Origin: Antedon mediterranea
Lineage: Eukaryota > Animalia > Echinodermata
Length of the DNA: 64,000 nucleotides
Reading direction: 5' to 3'
Assembly (NCBI RefSeq): GCF_964355755.1
Contig: NC_092670.1
Coordinates: 13,750,795-13,814,794, forward strand
Shown here piece after piece: positions 1-15,261 of this stretch (the stretch's first letter is position 1; the number at the start of each line of letters is the position of its first letter). Position numbers and translations under genes: made by a program. A model generated the notes under the pieces. The model worked only from the letters and a program-made list of their open reading frames with translations, was not told the origin of the DNA and did no database searches.

Positions 1-3000
1 GATGATTTTTAAAATTATTGTTGCTGATTATTGTGTTAATGGTGATTCTGTTTCTGCTTCATATCAAAATAAGGATAAATATAATGTTGATGTTACTACA
101 TCATGCGCATGGTATTGTCGTTATTGAAAGCAAATTGTGTATGGCATTTCGCTGTTAATTTTGATGTTTGTTGTTGATTTTATTAAGTTATAATGTTTTG
201 TGTTGTTATTGTTTTTGATATTATTAGATCAATGAATCATGCTGATACTATTATTTTATTTTAGCAATCATTACATTTGTATTGGTAATAATAGCATTGA
301 AAATACGTGTGTGCACATAATAAACACGGGAAGCCAATTATCCACTCGTATGTTAATAAAGTAGCAGATCTTTTTAGATACAAACGAAAAAAGTTCAATC
401 TCCAAATGTAAAAATACATTTTAGAAAAAAATATTTGTTAGAAGCAGTAAAATTATTCTATAAAAATAATCCCTTGCTTTGTTTATTATCCAAGACGTGC
501 ACACTGTTAAAGGCCATTAGCCCTAATGGCATGACTCGCAATCATACCGTCTTTTTACTTTAAGCTAAGTTTCATATCAATTTTAATTCGATTTCATTGT
601 AACCCACGGCAAAAGTAATTCTTAATATATATGAGTCTGTGTAAACACATTTTATAGTGCCAAAACAACAGTGTTTGTTGACAAAGGTAATTTTGTAATT
701 TTGTTATTTGTTGACTTTGATTCGTCACATCGCTTAACATAACTCCGCCAATAACAATGTTTTTGAATGGTGTGTACCCCGGTGTTTGACTCTGTGCGTT
801 TTTAGGCGATCTGGGGTAAGAGTTGTCGTCTGGATGGTGTGGGAAAAACGACGAGCCCTCTTGAAAATATAAAAATAAATCATAATTATCAAAACAATGA
901 TGATAATGATTACGGTATGTTGTTAATCCTATTCGTGTGATTTATGACAGGATTTGTTTTATATATACTTCAACAATTAAATTATTAATTTTTTATTAAT
1001 GATCGCGAGTTTAGTGAGATAAGTCTTGCCCATGTGTAGGCGTACTAAAAAAAGATCAACTTTTAATCGATTAAATGTTTTTAATCAATCAAGTTTGTGG
1101 TGATATGTTAAAGGCAACATTATCGATTTTTATAAAATTAATTGGAAATTTTTTTAATTGCAGGTTTCTATAATTAAGATCTTAACGTCTAACGTTTCTA
1201 TAAAATGTTACCTGATTTAAATATGTGTTCCTTGGTGAACTGTGATTGAATTTCTTATATCAATTAACTGTTTATTGATCAATTGACTCAGATGCGCATT
1301 CATTGCGTTGATTGCCTGCGATATATTTCCACTTATACACAAGTTAAAAAACAAGAAACACTTAGCGTTGATCCATTAACCTACTTGTTATGAAATTATA
1401 TTATATTACCTGCTGTACTTAAGTTTCATAACGTTGATAAACTTATTGTAAGATTCTTAATTCTTAATAATTATGCATTATGAATAATTATGGACATTGT
1501 ATTAGTAATGCAAAAGACGTCCTGTTTCAGCATTTAACCTAGTTAATATGATCGTTCTGCTTCGCTGACATTGATGATTGTTCTTATTGTTTATATTGTT
1601 CTGTAAAATAGAATATAATTCTATTTTTATTTGGCTCAATTTTGGACGTAGGCGTACAGTAGAACTCCTCCTGTGGGACAACCTTATTAGATGACAATTT
1701 TATTAGGAGGTGTCAATTTAATATGGTTCTACAAAGTAATTAACTATGTTTTACTTTAAACATCTATTTTACCTCTTGAATATTTACCGAAAAGTAGATA
1801 TACCGTCTTAAATAGAATAAACACTATAATTCAATTTGAACATAAAAAACATTTGCTAAACATACAAGTAATGTCGTCACGCCATTTAAAGTTAAACTAA
1901 CATTTATCGTCTATAATATTTGTGAATTAAACATTTTATATCTGATGTTAGAATCAATAATATCTCATCAAAAATTGCTATTAATTCGTCAGAAGTCTAA
2001 TTAGGGAAATTATACCGCCTGTGAATGTATTTATTTAGCCTAACAACATCAACATTACGACTGCTTACCCAAAGATGCCGCGGTTGCGAAAGCTTCTGGA
2101 AATAAAATATGTGATTAGTCTAAAAGTGTTCTTTCTAAATAATCTGTTATTGCTACTTATCTCAGCATGTATTGGATTTATTGAAAGCAAATAAGAGATA
2201 CATCTATCAGATTATCATCAGACGTGTTGTGCACAAATTTTCTACTTCTAACATTACTCATGTGTCGGAATGTTTATCACATACATACATAGTTTGATTA
2301 ATCGAGTTTGTAATTTACAAATTTGTGATGGTTAATTGTATTACTTTATGTTCTTTTTCCTGTGATATTTTCTTAGTAATTGATATTTAAACAGTTGATA
2401 CATCGTTGGTTCTAATGTAATGTTTTTGTTGAATTTAGTCAGGGTAAATATAAAATTGAGAAAGTGCGATGATAACGCATGAAACATTGGGTAAATTTCA
2501 ACGTAACTTTTTCCTTCATCATAAATGAAAATTATTATAAAAAAAAGAAACGGTAAATATAGTTGTTAGGCCTATACCTCGAAAATGTTTGTATTAGTAT
2601 TTTATATTTCACACTCTCATGAGCCAGGAAGAGGGATAGAAATATATATAAATAAATATCACAATTGTATATACCAAAATATATGTTTCAAAACGTAACT
2701 TTCGGTATTGTGAATAAACTGAAGTCTGATCACTTATAATTTTAATTCAATTGTTTTTTTTTAAATATTTTATTGTAGTTTAAAAAACCCCATATCGAAT
2801 GGTTACTTATATTTATAACCACCGATGAGAATTAAACACATTTCTTACCTTCCCTCAGATTTATATATAAAAAAAATAATATGCCTAATGCATGTAATAT
2901 GCACCCTGGACAGTGACGGATTTAATAAATTTCACAAAATAACCGTTAGTAGAGACATTGGAACTCGTTAACCCACTTTGTCAAGACGGGTAATGTAATA

Positions 3001-4582
3001 TTATATATTTGTTACGACGTTTTTGTTGTACTCGAACAGAACAGCTCGCAGAAGCGTGTTCATACAGCAAAATAATGGTTAATTGTATCATTGTACTACA
3101 ATGGCCGATTTGTCGACGTCACTACGTTCCCCCTACAGCAAATAATGGTCATAACTGTATCATAAAATGTGTTGTTGTTAAAGTATTTTGGTTAAAAGTG
3201 CATTCATTTCCATATGTAATTGAGTTTAAACGATTTTCTTCTTAAACTATCCGCAGTGTAGAACATGTATGAAATAAGCTTTGAATGTTTGTTCAACTCA
3301 CGTATACATTAATGCCATCATTTAGTTTATTGATTTTTACACGTTTTAAACTATTTATAATTTGAACTTTTAGCAAATAAAAATCAGTTGCCAATCCGTT
3401 GAATTGAAATAGATTACTTAGATTTTGTAATGAAAACATCTGCCCTGGTCCCTAATAGACATCACGTACAATGCATTACAGTATTTAATTTCCAAAGTAT
3501 TGGTTAACCCGTCTTATGTATGTATGATATAAAATATAAAGAAAACGGAGTGGGTTTCGCAGCCCCACTGGGTGTAACTAACAAGTAAGTATAACAGTAC
3601 TTCATTGTACGGTGTAGTCATTTATGGCTTAAAATACATAAATTCATCCTTTCTAATAAATCAAGCTACATTAAGCTACTTTTGGTGCAATAGAGTCGAT
3701 CATCGTAAAGCAAACATGAAACTTTTCAGTGAGAATATCGGGTCTTTCTCGATTTGTATTAACATATTCTACCAAAAAAAGAACAATACATTTAGCAATG
3801 AAACAACGCGAAGTAAGGCCAATTAGAGGGATATACCTAGCCTAGGTAGCCTAGGTCTAGTCGAGCGAGAGGATGTTCGACGCCGCAAACAATGTTAGGG
3901 TAAATTGTTTTCTCCTTTAACCATAATTAACCATTTCTACAACACAAAATAAAATCTAAGGAAAGTTTATTATCATTATACATTAAATATCAGATTAAAC
4001 AAGAAAGATTTATTTTTTTTTAAACGTCGCTTATCTGACAATAACATACCCGTTCTACATGCATGTTAATATTTGTCACCAAATGTTTTCATAGACTCTC
4101 TTTTCCCAGACGTGTTTTGTGGTGTGCGCATGCCCAGTTGTCGTTTCCAAATACCATTTTTTTAGCAGTAGTAAACTATAAGCCACCACCGCATGCATGG
4201 TAACTGCTTCATAATGCTTCCGCTCTCTTGAATATAACTGTCTAAAGGAACGGCGCGAAAAAAAAAGAATATTTAGTACCATTGATGACGGACAGGTATC
4301 TCATAACAGACACAAGTAACTTGATATGGATACTCTTTCCATCGGAAGTAATTGCCTAAGGACTGTCAGCACACGATTTGTCGTTTTCTGTTTAATACGT
4401 ACATTACACTGAAACGTAGATTACTATACAAAGTTTGAAGTAAGATTTGTACAGTGTGTGATTTATAAAACCAATTTCGTATAATTTAAACTGTCGATGA
4501 CCCTTTTCAAGCAATGTTAAATTACATGGAACTCTTGGTCTCCTATTAACAGCAGGGAGTGTCGGATTGCATTAAGCGATAT

Positions 4583-5448
4583 CTATGGAACGCCGTTTAC
4601 GCAACATTTCAATGATATGAATTTTATGACGCGATATGTGAATGAAATGCATCGATATGAATTGAATGGCGCGATATATGAATGAAATGTTTTGAATTGA
4701 ATGCTTTGAATTGAATGTTTTGAGTGAAATGTTTTGAATGAAATGTTTTGAATAAATTGTTTTGAATGCAATGTTTTGAATGAAATGTTTTGAATGAAAT
4801 GTTTTGAATGAAATGTTTTGAATGAAATGTTTTGAATTAAATGTTTTAAATGAAATGTTTTGAATGAAATGTTTGAATTGAATTGAAAAGTCAAACTATT
4901 GGTGGCGTATGTCATTCTCGCTCGCGATTTTTTTCTCAACCTCTTAGGCCTAAGCGTGGGTCTCATCTCCTTTCCACGCTACCTTTACAGAGAATCCTAA
5001 CAGACCTGGGTTCGGAAATATGTATTCCAATATTTCAGGTCTGTTAGGATTCTCTGTAAAGGATCCATATTGATGACAGCGTGGAAAGGAGATGAGGGTA
5101 TCCAGGCTCGGCCTAAGAGGTTAAAACAAAATCGCGAGCGGGAATGACATACGCCGCCAATAGTTTGACTTTTCAATTCAATTCAAACATTTCATTCAAA
5201 ACATTTCATTCAAAACATTTCGTTCAAAACATTTCATTCAAAACATTTTATTCAAAACATTCAATTCAAAACATTTCCTTCAAAACATTTCATTCAAAAC
5301 ATTTCATTCAAAATATTCAATTCAAAGCATTCAATTAAAAACATTTCATTCATATATCGCGCCATTCAATTCATATCGATGCATTTCATTCACATATCGC
5401 GTCATAAAATTCATATCATCAAAATGTTGCGTAAACGGCGTTCCATAG
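4583..5448. mobile_element. Foldback-type non-autonomous DNA element with ~400-bp inverted arms containing a 14-bp minisatellite
   Basis: CTATGGAACGCCGTTTACGCAACATTT at 4583 and its reverse complement ending 5448; ATAT on both flanks; (AAATGTTTTGAATG)n vs (CATTCAAAACATTT)n arrays; inner 27-bp hairpin 4982-5062. Confidence 0.85.
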
Positions 5449-8303
5449 ATATCAAAGACCGCGACGCACTAGACCGTATCCGTATAATTATATATCATAA
5501 TTATATATCATATATATATATATATATATATGAAAAGCTCTTCTATTTTTTCTGGCTATTTTATTTTATCGTTTTGATTTAGCTTGTTGAGATCCAGCCA
5601 CTGATACCCACAGTATTGTCATTATTTTAAGTAATTTTCCTTTTCTATAATATAATATATATAGAACAGTTTAGTTCCATGTAGGCCTACAAAACACCAC
5701 CACAAAATACTATAATCTAAATGTTATGTGAATTAGGCCTCTTAAACTTTATTAAAAGATGTATTTAATTTTAGCCAATACCAAGCTGCTACGTTATCCA
5801 ATACATACTAATTGAGAGTATGCCTAGATATATAGGTTGATTAAACGTACCCCATCTATTTATTACTGAGTAAGTATTTAATTTCGGTTTCAGTTGATGT
5901 ACAGTATACATAGTATTATATATCCTTTCCTAGGTTTCTCAAATTAATTGCACTTTCACACACGTTTGATACTTTAATACGTATACAGTTGTATTCATTT
6001 GTAAAGTACACGCACTGATTAAACCTATACCCATTATAATTCTGATATTTCTCTACGATGATTTTACGTAATTTAGAAGAGGTACCGTACTCAACATGCG
6101 TAATTAAATTATACTGATACATAATAACTTAATACAATATGTAACTCGACTTTTATCAAGTCGGATATGTATTTATTATGTAAAGAACAGCAGTAAAGCT
6201 TAATTAAAAAGGCCCTCATACCGTTTATTTATTTTTTTAAAGCAATCAGTTTCTGCTAATTAAGCCTAGTTTAAATAAGAAGCTCATAATATCCGAACAA
6301 AACTCCTTGTGTAATGCCTCTGTTTGTTTTGAAAAACGGACAGTAGGCTACATTTTAACCCAACAATTCTAGGATCTTTTTTCTATGATTATGAAAATGA
6401 AAGCCTCTAGACCTACCATACTTTTCCAAAGATGTTTCGTAAGGTCTTCACATTTTTATCTTTCCTTCATGTGCCAATGCATGTTGGTGTATTAATCCGT
6501 TTCCAAACCCTGTCCGATCCATTTTAGTCACTAAAAAAAAAACAGTTTACCCTTAGCCTACACAGAAAAATAAACCTTTGATTAATGGCTTTATAATGTT
6601 TTCCCTCTGTATGCTTCTTTGAGTAATCCAAATCTTTACAGCTTAGTAAAGTATTAGCAAATGCAACCGGTGATGATGGCGGTGATATAGGACTACTGGA
6701 TTCACCCAATTCATGAAAATCCTTTCTTAAATAACGTAAGTGAAAATGATACTTAAAGCGAAATATCTAACTTAAGTGTGTTTGGTGAATCAACCAATAG
6801 AGTTCCCGAGACTCGATCTCCTCGTTCACTGGAGTGGAAAGCCTTCAATTTAATTTGTCACGATTAGGTATTTTGCTCATGAACGAACAAACGAACGTTT
6901 GCCGGTGGGATGAAGATGATATTATACCAGTTTAAACGATAGACATTATTAATCAATGCAGATATTGAAGGTAATGTTGTTTTAATTGGTTATAGTTTTA
7001 TTTGCTTATAAACGTCTTGCTTTTGTAATAATGTATTTACTTTGTGGTTCAGTCCAGAGTGTAAAAACATGTGGTCACGATTGGTTACTCTAATACTTAG
7101 GACAGTGTATTTTGTTCTTATAAACATTCTATTTTTAGCCGTCATTTTTGCATAGATTGGTTTATTGCTTTACTGATTGCGTCTGCATTTTTATCTAAGC
7201 GTTCATATTAAGTCTTCATAAATTAAGAGTAGACATATAAAGCTTGTCTTGTGGTTTGTTACGGGGCAGAATTTTGGAACGACCCGTAACATACCACCCG
7301 AGACATACCACCCGAGACATAACACCCGAGACATGCCACCAGTACTAGCAGAATATCATAAACCGCGCACACATAAGTTCTTCAATAAAATGTGTACATT
7401 TACGTCATCCGTAATATCGCCCTCTGTGATTGTTTCTTTGATAAAAAAAAAAACACCCTTACAGATTTGTTTTTTTAGTCAAAAATGTATACTGAAAATG
7501 TATTCTCGTATAAATTGACACGGGTCGATCTCTACTAAGTAAATGTATCAATAATTGAGATTGAATACAGAATGTAAACACATCCTGGTTCTCAGTTTCT
7601 GATTTTACAGCCTTGGGGTCCTATATGTGGTTCTTTCAAACTTCTTTCTAGACATTTTCAGCAATGTAAACCACTGTGTTTCTTCTAGTTGAGCAACATA
7701 GCAATTAATCGCCTCTGTAACCGCATGCACAATGGGCAATGCTGTAGGCATATGTGTATATTTCTGCATATTAGTAATTGTGCATAGGGAATTCTTACAC
7801 ATATTCGATGTCAAAAAATATGTCTTATCATGCTATACATTTCAAATACTTAATAATCTTGATTAAGAAATAATGTAAAAAACAAAAAAGAAGTCTTTGT
7901 TATTAGAGTCTTGCTGAACAACTAAACTTACTTCACCTGATCAGTTACAGCCAGGTTGTATTGCCTAGGTACACCGACAGCCATACCTCAGGGAAACCAC
8001 GAAAGGTGGTTAATTTTATTTATAGCTAGGCTATTCTACATTCAGTATAGACATAATTGAACGTTAGTACCGACAACCACTGCGTAAGCCTGTGTTGAGC
8101 ATTGCTGTAGGCCCTACCAACATAACAAACATATCGTGTGACTAACAATAATGTTATTGCCTTCCGAATGTAACCTAAACGTGTCACTATAGCAGGTTTT
8201 CAATCAATTTACAAAACAATATTGTTGAATCGTTAGTTTGCAGTAATGATAAACATAGCAGGACTCCTCTGTCAAGTCAAGTTATATTTTAGAAAATAAC
8301 GTT

Positions 8304-8660
8304 AAACAAGCACGAATGTGCGATACTCGGGGTACAGCAAAAGAAGCTGTAATGACGTCATAAGACCGGATGTAACGTCACATACATATCAATAACCTCG
8401 CTACCAAATACGGCTATACGGTACCATCTTCGAGACGTAAAATGGCTGCATCCGGTTTGAAATTAAAAAATCCGGCTTTGAGGACATGTCCCTGTAGTAT
8501 ATTCATGCCAAATCCCAGCTCAATATTACAACGAATAAGGGAGGAGTATAGTACTTTATAAATCGCACATTTACTGAATAGTGTCCAGATGGAGGAGGAG
8601 GAGGAGAAAATGAGTAAGTCCTAGACTCGGGTACCCCGAGTAACGGGTACCCCGAGTAAA
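8304..8660 (-). mobile_element. Helentron-associated (DINE-1/HINE-like) element, family A
   Basis: Reverse complement of the ends of 16415-17126; subterminal IR ACTCGGGGTAC, 3' stem-loop GCACATTCGTGC, T-run insertion site; 5' IR locally duplicated at 8628-8658. Confidence 0.8.
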
Positions 8661-9765
8661 AAAAATATACACTAATTGAGTAATAATCTTCGTTCTTTAA
8701 TTATTAACAATTATTATCTGCGAGTCTTTCTCGTGACAGGTATCAGACATAAGTCAACCTTCTTGATGATCTTGTAATGTAAGATTGTATGTTATTGCTG
8801 TTCTTTGGGATTGGTTATTGCACACAAAACATAATGTATTGAGTGTTCTACTCGGTATTGTTTATTTCAGCAGAAGTTATTAGAACTTGTGTATTACTTG
8901 GCAAAATAGAATGTTGTTAGGTATTCTTTTACGACTTGCTTTTTTTGTTCGCACGATAGCGTCAATAATAATTAGGTCATCGTTGTGAACAGGTATATAC
9001 TTACAGAATATGCCTATTGATTGAACATGATTGAGAAAAATCGATTTATTGGTGACTTCAATAAAGCTTATTATATTTAAATCTCGAGTTATCTTTACAT
9101 TCTATATAGGCCGAAATGATAAATAGCACGCCCTCTGCTGCCTTTTATATTTTCCCAAGTACATCACTCAATTTCTTAGTGTTTGTTTATTGTTTATTAT
9201 TGTTTATTATTTTTATTGTTTATTTCAATAGTAGGTTACGCTGTGATCTTCGTAGGATTGTTTATTTTTATTTTGTTACTCTTTATTTTAGCAGAAAGTG
9301 ACTTTAGATTGTTATTGTTTATTATCGGTTAAGTAGTTTATATTATCAGCTGCTGTTATTACGGACTTTTTCGAGAGCTTTTCAAACTTTCTTAAGTTCT
9401 TGACTGACACCGAAATGTTTAAGTTGTCCGAAATGTAAATAATTAATTGATATGTTTATTACTATATTCAAGATTGTTTATTTTGCTAAAGAAAGTTATT
9501 ATTCATTATATAAAATTAATTATATGATATTTTATTGTTTAGTGTTGCTTGTTGTTCATGTAACTTGACATGAAAGCTTGTTTATTAGGCCTGGTTTGTG
9601 TCATTGAGAGAAAAAAATCTTCAGAAATTGTTAGAGAGAACTAATTGAATTTCTTAACTGAAAGATGACATTATTCACTTTCATATATATTCACCACATA
9701 TAATTATAGACAACTAACAACATGGATTAATATTGAAATACGGACAACAAATATTTAGCTTGAAG

Positions 9766-9940
9766 TTTTTAGTCGATTGCAATTCGACTCTACAGCTTAC
9801 TATGTCGGTCTGTTGGTCGGTCGGTCGGTTGGTCGGTTGGTTGGTTGGTCGGTTGGTTGGTTGGTCGGTTGGTTTGTCGGTTGGTTGGTAAACACTAACT
9901 TGATCACGCGACTGCAGCCATGTATATTACTTTGGTTTTT
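9766..9940 (+). mobile_element. DINE-1/HINE-like element family B with (GGTC/GGTT)n microsatellite
   Basis: TTTTTAGTCG...CGACTCTAC 5' hairpin, tetranucleotide tract, CACGCGACT subterminal IR; homologous copies at 15169 and 37637. Confidence 0.8.
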
Positions 9941-11891
9941 TTTCTAAATGAGAATCGGAATTTTGCTGTGTATATGAGACCATGGAGGTAAATTACCTCC
10001 ATGATGATTACCGTAGTTAAGAAACCGGAATATTTTGCTTAGTTTCAGTAAGATTTTTTTAACCATGAGATTTGTTTGTAACTATTTTATGCGTCTTTGT
10101 TTTTTTTAATTGTGTTATTGGATTGAATCAGTTTCTTTTGTAAGATAATAAGTGGTTTTTTAAAATAAACTTTTCGTTGAATTACCTTTTACGCACTTTA
10201 TTTATGGGTACTGTAACACACTGTGTCGAGTCCTTAACCCAATTCAAGGACTTTAACATAACTATCAACATTACATTATGTGTTTATTTATAGCAGGTGT
10301 GTTATGGTATAATGTTTCCGATATCTTGTTTTCTCTATGTTTTATGATCTGAACAATTGAAATGTATAATACCTTCGTCTCGACAATAAACCACGTTTTT
10401 ACGTTTGTTCAAAGAAAACGAACTTTAACGATATAATTAATCACATTCTCACCTAACTTTGGTAATGCGAATGTTCGTGGTTGACTTGTTACACATCTAC
10501 AGGTTATTCACATCTAATTTCATCTGTGTAACTCCGTGGCAATTCACGGTATAATAAACATACCAGAAACGTCATCTTTCATAGTATTATTTAGTTTCTT
10601 AAGTGATAGGCAAAACATCACTGCCTAGAAATTGAGGGGCGAGAGTTTAAAGAATAAACACATTTGAATATAACTGTTAAGTTTAATGTAACAAAATATC
10701 TTTCGCCTTGTGTTGTATTGTAATGTAATGTAATGTGTTGCATTGTGTTATAAACCCAACCAAATTAAAAAAAATCTGTAACTTCAGGAATTGTTGTGGT
10801 CAAAATTCGCAGTTGTCATGTTATAATAGTAGTATATAGTGTTTGGTTCAACAAAAGGTACATTTGTTGTCGTCTGCTATTTTAAGCTACTGGCGTTATT
10901 GGACGAGCATGCCTTACGTCACTGATGTCCTTGGTATTTCAAATCGGCTCATTTTAACGCCAAATACGGTGATATTGTCTTACAATACATCATAATTACT
11001 CCGTTTCTAGTGTCTACAATGAGAATATAACACTACTATATCAAATAAAGTACAATTAATTATTACTTTCGTGATCGCAATAAAAAAAATAGACGGTAAA
11101 CAGTCGACAAAAAAAATCTTTGTTTCAAGATTTTGACAAAAATGTAAAACAACATAAATGAATTTGTTTTTTAATGTAATAACACAAATAGTAACCAGGT
11201 ATAATTATTATAGTAATAACTATAGTCTACATACACTAATTTATTTTTTTTAACGATTTGAGTAAAATTATTATTTGTATAGATTTGAAACGTTGAAAAA
11301 AAGTGAAAATAACACCTTACTGTTTAAGCACCAGAGTGTTAACATTGATTTAATCTTTGCTCTACGGTAAGCGAGAGGTCCAGTTTTAATATATACTTTG
11401 ATCTCAATCTATGCATGAGAGTAACACATTTTATTTTTTAAATAGAAGACCAACTAACGCAATTACGTGCTCAATCATGTTGATGCAAATTATCTAAATT
11501 TATTTTAATTAAATAAGTCTATCTAAATTTCTCCGGCCGTATTTTCTTTATCAATTTTCATTTCATTTGCATTTTAGTTTTACAACCGTTTATTCGTGTA
11601 GTAACTAAAGTAAATAAAGATTGGGAAGCGAGATCAAATGTAAAATTGATTTTTATTAACAACAATATTGGATTGCTTTAAAATAGGATGGTACGCAATC
11701 AGCTGCCATAGAATGGAATGAACATCCAGATTGGGGTTGGGATAAAGTTCACATTGAACGTTTGTAAGTGGGTTTACCGCGGTGACAAGTCGACAGCATG
11801 TCGGCATTACAAGTACTTTCATAAGGTAATAAACACATTGTGTGACATTTTAAATATAGAAAGGTATCTTGCACCAAACGAACATGTTTAA

Positions 11892-12034
11892 AGCTCTGTC
11901 TACACTACCTAACTGTACGTGACAAAAAAATGTGATGTGCCTATGGACATGATGATGTCATATCACTACTATATTTAGGAATATCACCACCATATTTGGG
12001 CGCATCACACTAGTGTCGTAGCGTAGACAGAGCT
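11892..12034. mobile_element. Harbinger-like MITE (AGCTCTGTCTAC TIR)
   Basis: AGCTCTGTCTAC...GTAGACAGAGCT; related shorter copy 12664-12742 and relic ~41955-42030. Confidence 0.7.
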
Positions 12035-12663
12035 TTTACTGATTATTGCGTTATAGCTGAAATCGATAACAAAATACATATAACACAACATAATTAATCT
12101 AATGGCATGGAAGTAAGGAACTGCTGGTATACGATAACGTGTATCTTATTATTCGGCATAAAAGGGATTACCATTTTCACAGTAAAATATAAGGTAGGGC
12201 CCGGACCTACGGAAATGCATTGTGGTGAAATCTCAATAATTTCATTCGAAGCAAATAACTACACATTGTGAGAATCAATAAACTAAAATAAATAGTTTAT
12301 GTTCAACCTCAAGATACGATAAAGTTGATAAGGCCAAACAGGTGGCATACATTCATGATTTACTCACCAATTAACATTGCCAGAATTGATAATTAAATAA
12401 CTGAAAAAGAGAAATATTATGCGGAGGTACGGTGTTTTTGATATCTAGCTATAGCTATAGAAAAAAATATCAGAAAAAAATATTCTAGATACTTTCACGC
12501 ATAAACAGATGTTGTTTATCCACCAGCCAACGGCTGTTTTACATGCAGACGTTATTGACAACAAAACTTGCTTAGAACAAGTTTCCATTGACGGTACTAA
12601 ATTAGACCTGTATTCGGACCATCATATTAAATGAAGACAGGAGTACGCTTAAGGAAATAACAA

Positions 12664-12742
12664 AGATCTGTCTACACTATCAAAACTAATTTGACTCCAA
12701 TGGACACATCACATAAAGTTTGATAGTGTATGAGACAGAGCT
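12664..12742. mobile_element. Harbinger-like MITE, short copy
   Basis: AGATCTGTCTACACTATCAAA...TTTGATAGTGTATGAGACAGAGCT. Confidence 0.65.
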
Positions 12743-14258
12743 TAAATCCTAACATTAATCCTAAAATTAATCCTAAATATAAATCCTTTATATAAACAGC
12801 TAGATAAGTATACAATAAGTATATCATTCTGACGGTCCAATTAACTTTTTTTAATTTTGATTACATTTTCACATATAAATAGTATAAGTAATATTTATTT
12901 CACCATCAAAAACATCGTATTCTATCCGTTAGGACCATGTCTAAAAGTTTAAGTGACTCGGGCACAGACACAATATGAATAATTGATGTTACACTAATGA
13001 AATTAAAGAAATGCTGGTATACGATATAGTGTATTTGAGCCTATTATTCAGTCAATAAATGCATAACATTTTCACAAAGACTAAGACATAAACACATATT
13101 ATACAATATATAATAAGAATTACACCGATTGTCGAAAAATAACGGCTGGCCCTTTGGCGTGTTTTACAATTCCCAAAATGCTTTTCAAATTCGTTCTTTA
13201 TGGAACAAATACTGTTCATTTTTATCTAAATTCACTTGTCAAATTTGATTGCGTGTTGAAGAACCTGTTCAATATGCACTGCTATGAACTTACTGCTCGA
13301 GGCACCGCAGTCTTGACGCATGTTCGACAATGCAGACTACGTAGTGAACCGCAATTTCGACAAGGAAGACAACGAGTGCACGTCATTTTTTAGTGCTATT
13401 ACTATACTATACATTTTCATTTATATACCGTCTATTTTTGTGTGGACATGTAACGAAAGTTGCATGTAAAAAAAAGAAGATGGAGACATAGGTATTCGAC
13501 ACTTTGACATTCTTTATAAAAATGTAAGCAGAAATCGATCAAACTGAATGAATGTTTATAAGACGTTAAATCGACACTCGCTATATACATAGTATCGGTT
13601 AGATTTCAATAAAATGAGCAACATTGACATCATTATTTTGAAAGGAAAACAAGAACACCTGTTTTTCCAAAACTATAAAGAACGCTTCATTCTTCTTTTT
13701 TTACATTAACGAATGAAAACAAAACATGATCGATTAAGGACGAAATATATCTCAGCATTTCATTTTAGAATCCCACGTAGACAGGTGATTTGACTCCTTT
13801 ACTCTTTGAGATGAGTTGACACTACACCTGCCACGTGCATCCATGTTGACACGTCTTTCTGTATCGATGCTAATCAATACATAGATACTAATCAGATCAA
13901 TGACATGTGTCAATACCTCCTCAATTTGATCACTCCATTCCATAAAATATATAGCAGTGTATCTTTAGCATGAAAGTAATGTGTCGAGCACAAACGGATC
14001 TATAACATGTAAACGTAAGTTCGATATTTTGTATATAGGCCTACCCGATGCATACTACTTCAGCGTACCTTCCTTTGGTTCACCTGCAATCTAAGCTTGT
14101 TTCAAGAAACGCCTATAAACTGTATATCCCCATGTGGTCTAACACAATTGAGTGAATCGGATCATGAATATATTGAAGAAAATGTGAATAGGGGTTGTCT
14201 TTTACAGTGTTGTGTTGGGTTACGATAAATGTCAACACTCAGAATTAAAAGTACAATA

Positions 14259-14403
14259 CAGTGCAGTGCAACTCATCATTTTCATGGACTTTTCTATTAA
14301 GAGGACACCTCCTTTTCTCAACCAACGAGGCATTATATCAACTAACACTTTAGGGTATACTTTGTTTGGATCAGAAGGTGTCCCCTTAATAGGGGTTGTA
14401 CTG
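14259..14403. mobile_element. Decayed Tc1/mariner-type MITE
   Basis: TA|CAGT...ACTG|TA ends with GGACAC/GTGTCC internal motifs; related relic at ~1654-1735. Confidence 0.5.
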
Positions 14404-15168
14404 TAATTAATGTTATTTTATTATTTTGCCTTATATCTGATGTGGAAGCGTACTGTTTATAGACAAAATCACATGACACAATTCATGCATGTCGTTATCG
14501 CCATTGGAAATGGCTTGTTCTAAAATTCTAATGAATACGGTAATATAAAAGAATATTCTTCAAAAAGCAATGTCTATCAAAAGAATATCGTGATTTCCAC
14601 AATTGTAATAGTCATATTGTCATTATAATTACCCAATTATTATTATCATTATTATAATTTTACATAATGTATACTATTCAGTATACCAGTAAACATCACA
14701 ATGCGTCGTAATTTTATTATTAAACGAGTTTAATGAATTAACAACATAATACGTTGTAAGAGATTGATTTAATATTTGAAAACAATCTTGCAACGATTAA
14801 ACCTAACACGGTGAGATGTGATGTTTGATATTAACAGCACTCTGATCGATATTATGATAGGTTCAAACGTCCAGCTTCCGCCTCATGATGAATCTCGATG
14901 GTAAATTAAATGCGCGCGCGTAGTTTGTCTGTTTCGTTATTTTAGTACGCACGGTTTGGTTTAATATAAATTCAGTATTGACAGATAGGCAGAAAAAATG
15001 TATTGCAATAACTTATTTTAAGGATATTCTAAATATATCATCATGGCATGTGACCTTTGGTTACGCCTGAACTCGAACCTCATAACCATGTCATCATGTT
15101 CAGTATTACGGAATTTGTCATAATTATTTGTCATAATTATTTGTTATAATTATTTTGAACATTATATA

Positions 15169-15261
15169 TTTTTAGTCGAGTGCAACGCGAATCTACAGCT
15201 CACTGTCGGTCGGTAAACACTAACTTGAGCACGCGACTGCAGCCAGGTATATTGTCTTGTT
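15169..15261 (+). mobile_element. DINE-1/HINE-like element family B (short copy)
   Basis: Same 5' end, GTCGGTCGGTAAACACTAAC core and CACGCGACTGCAG 3' end as the 9766 copy. Confidence 0.75.

Noticed and set aside
4583-5338. Repetitive ISFKTFHSKHFIQN ORFs on both strands
   Set aside because: Products of the 14-bp minisatellite in the foldback arms.
8911-8988. Hydrophobic mini-ORF MLLGILLRLAFFVRTIASIII as GPCR signal peptide
   Set aside because: In-frame stop follows and there is no good donor in a compatible phase.
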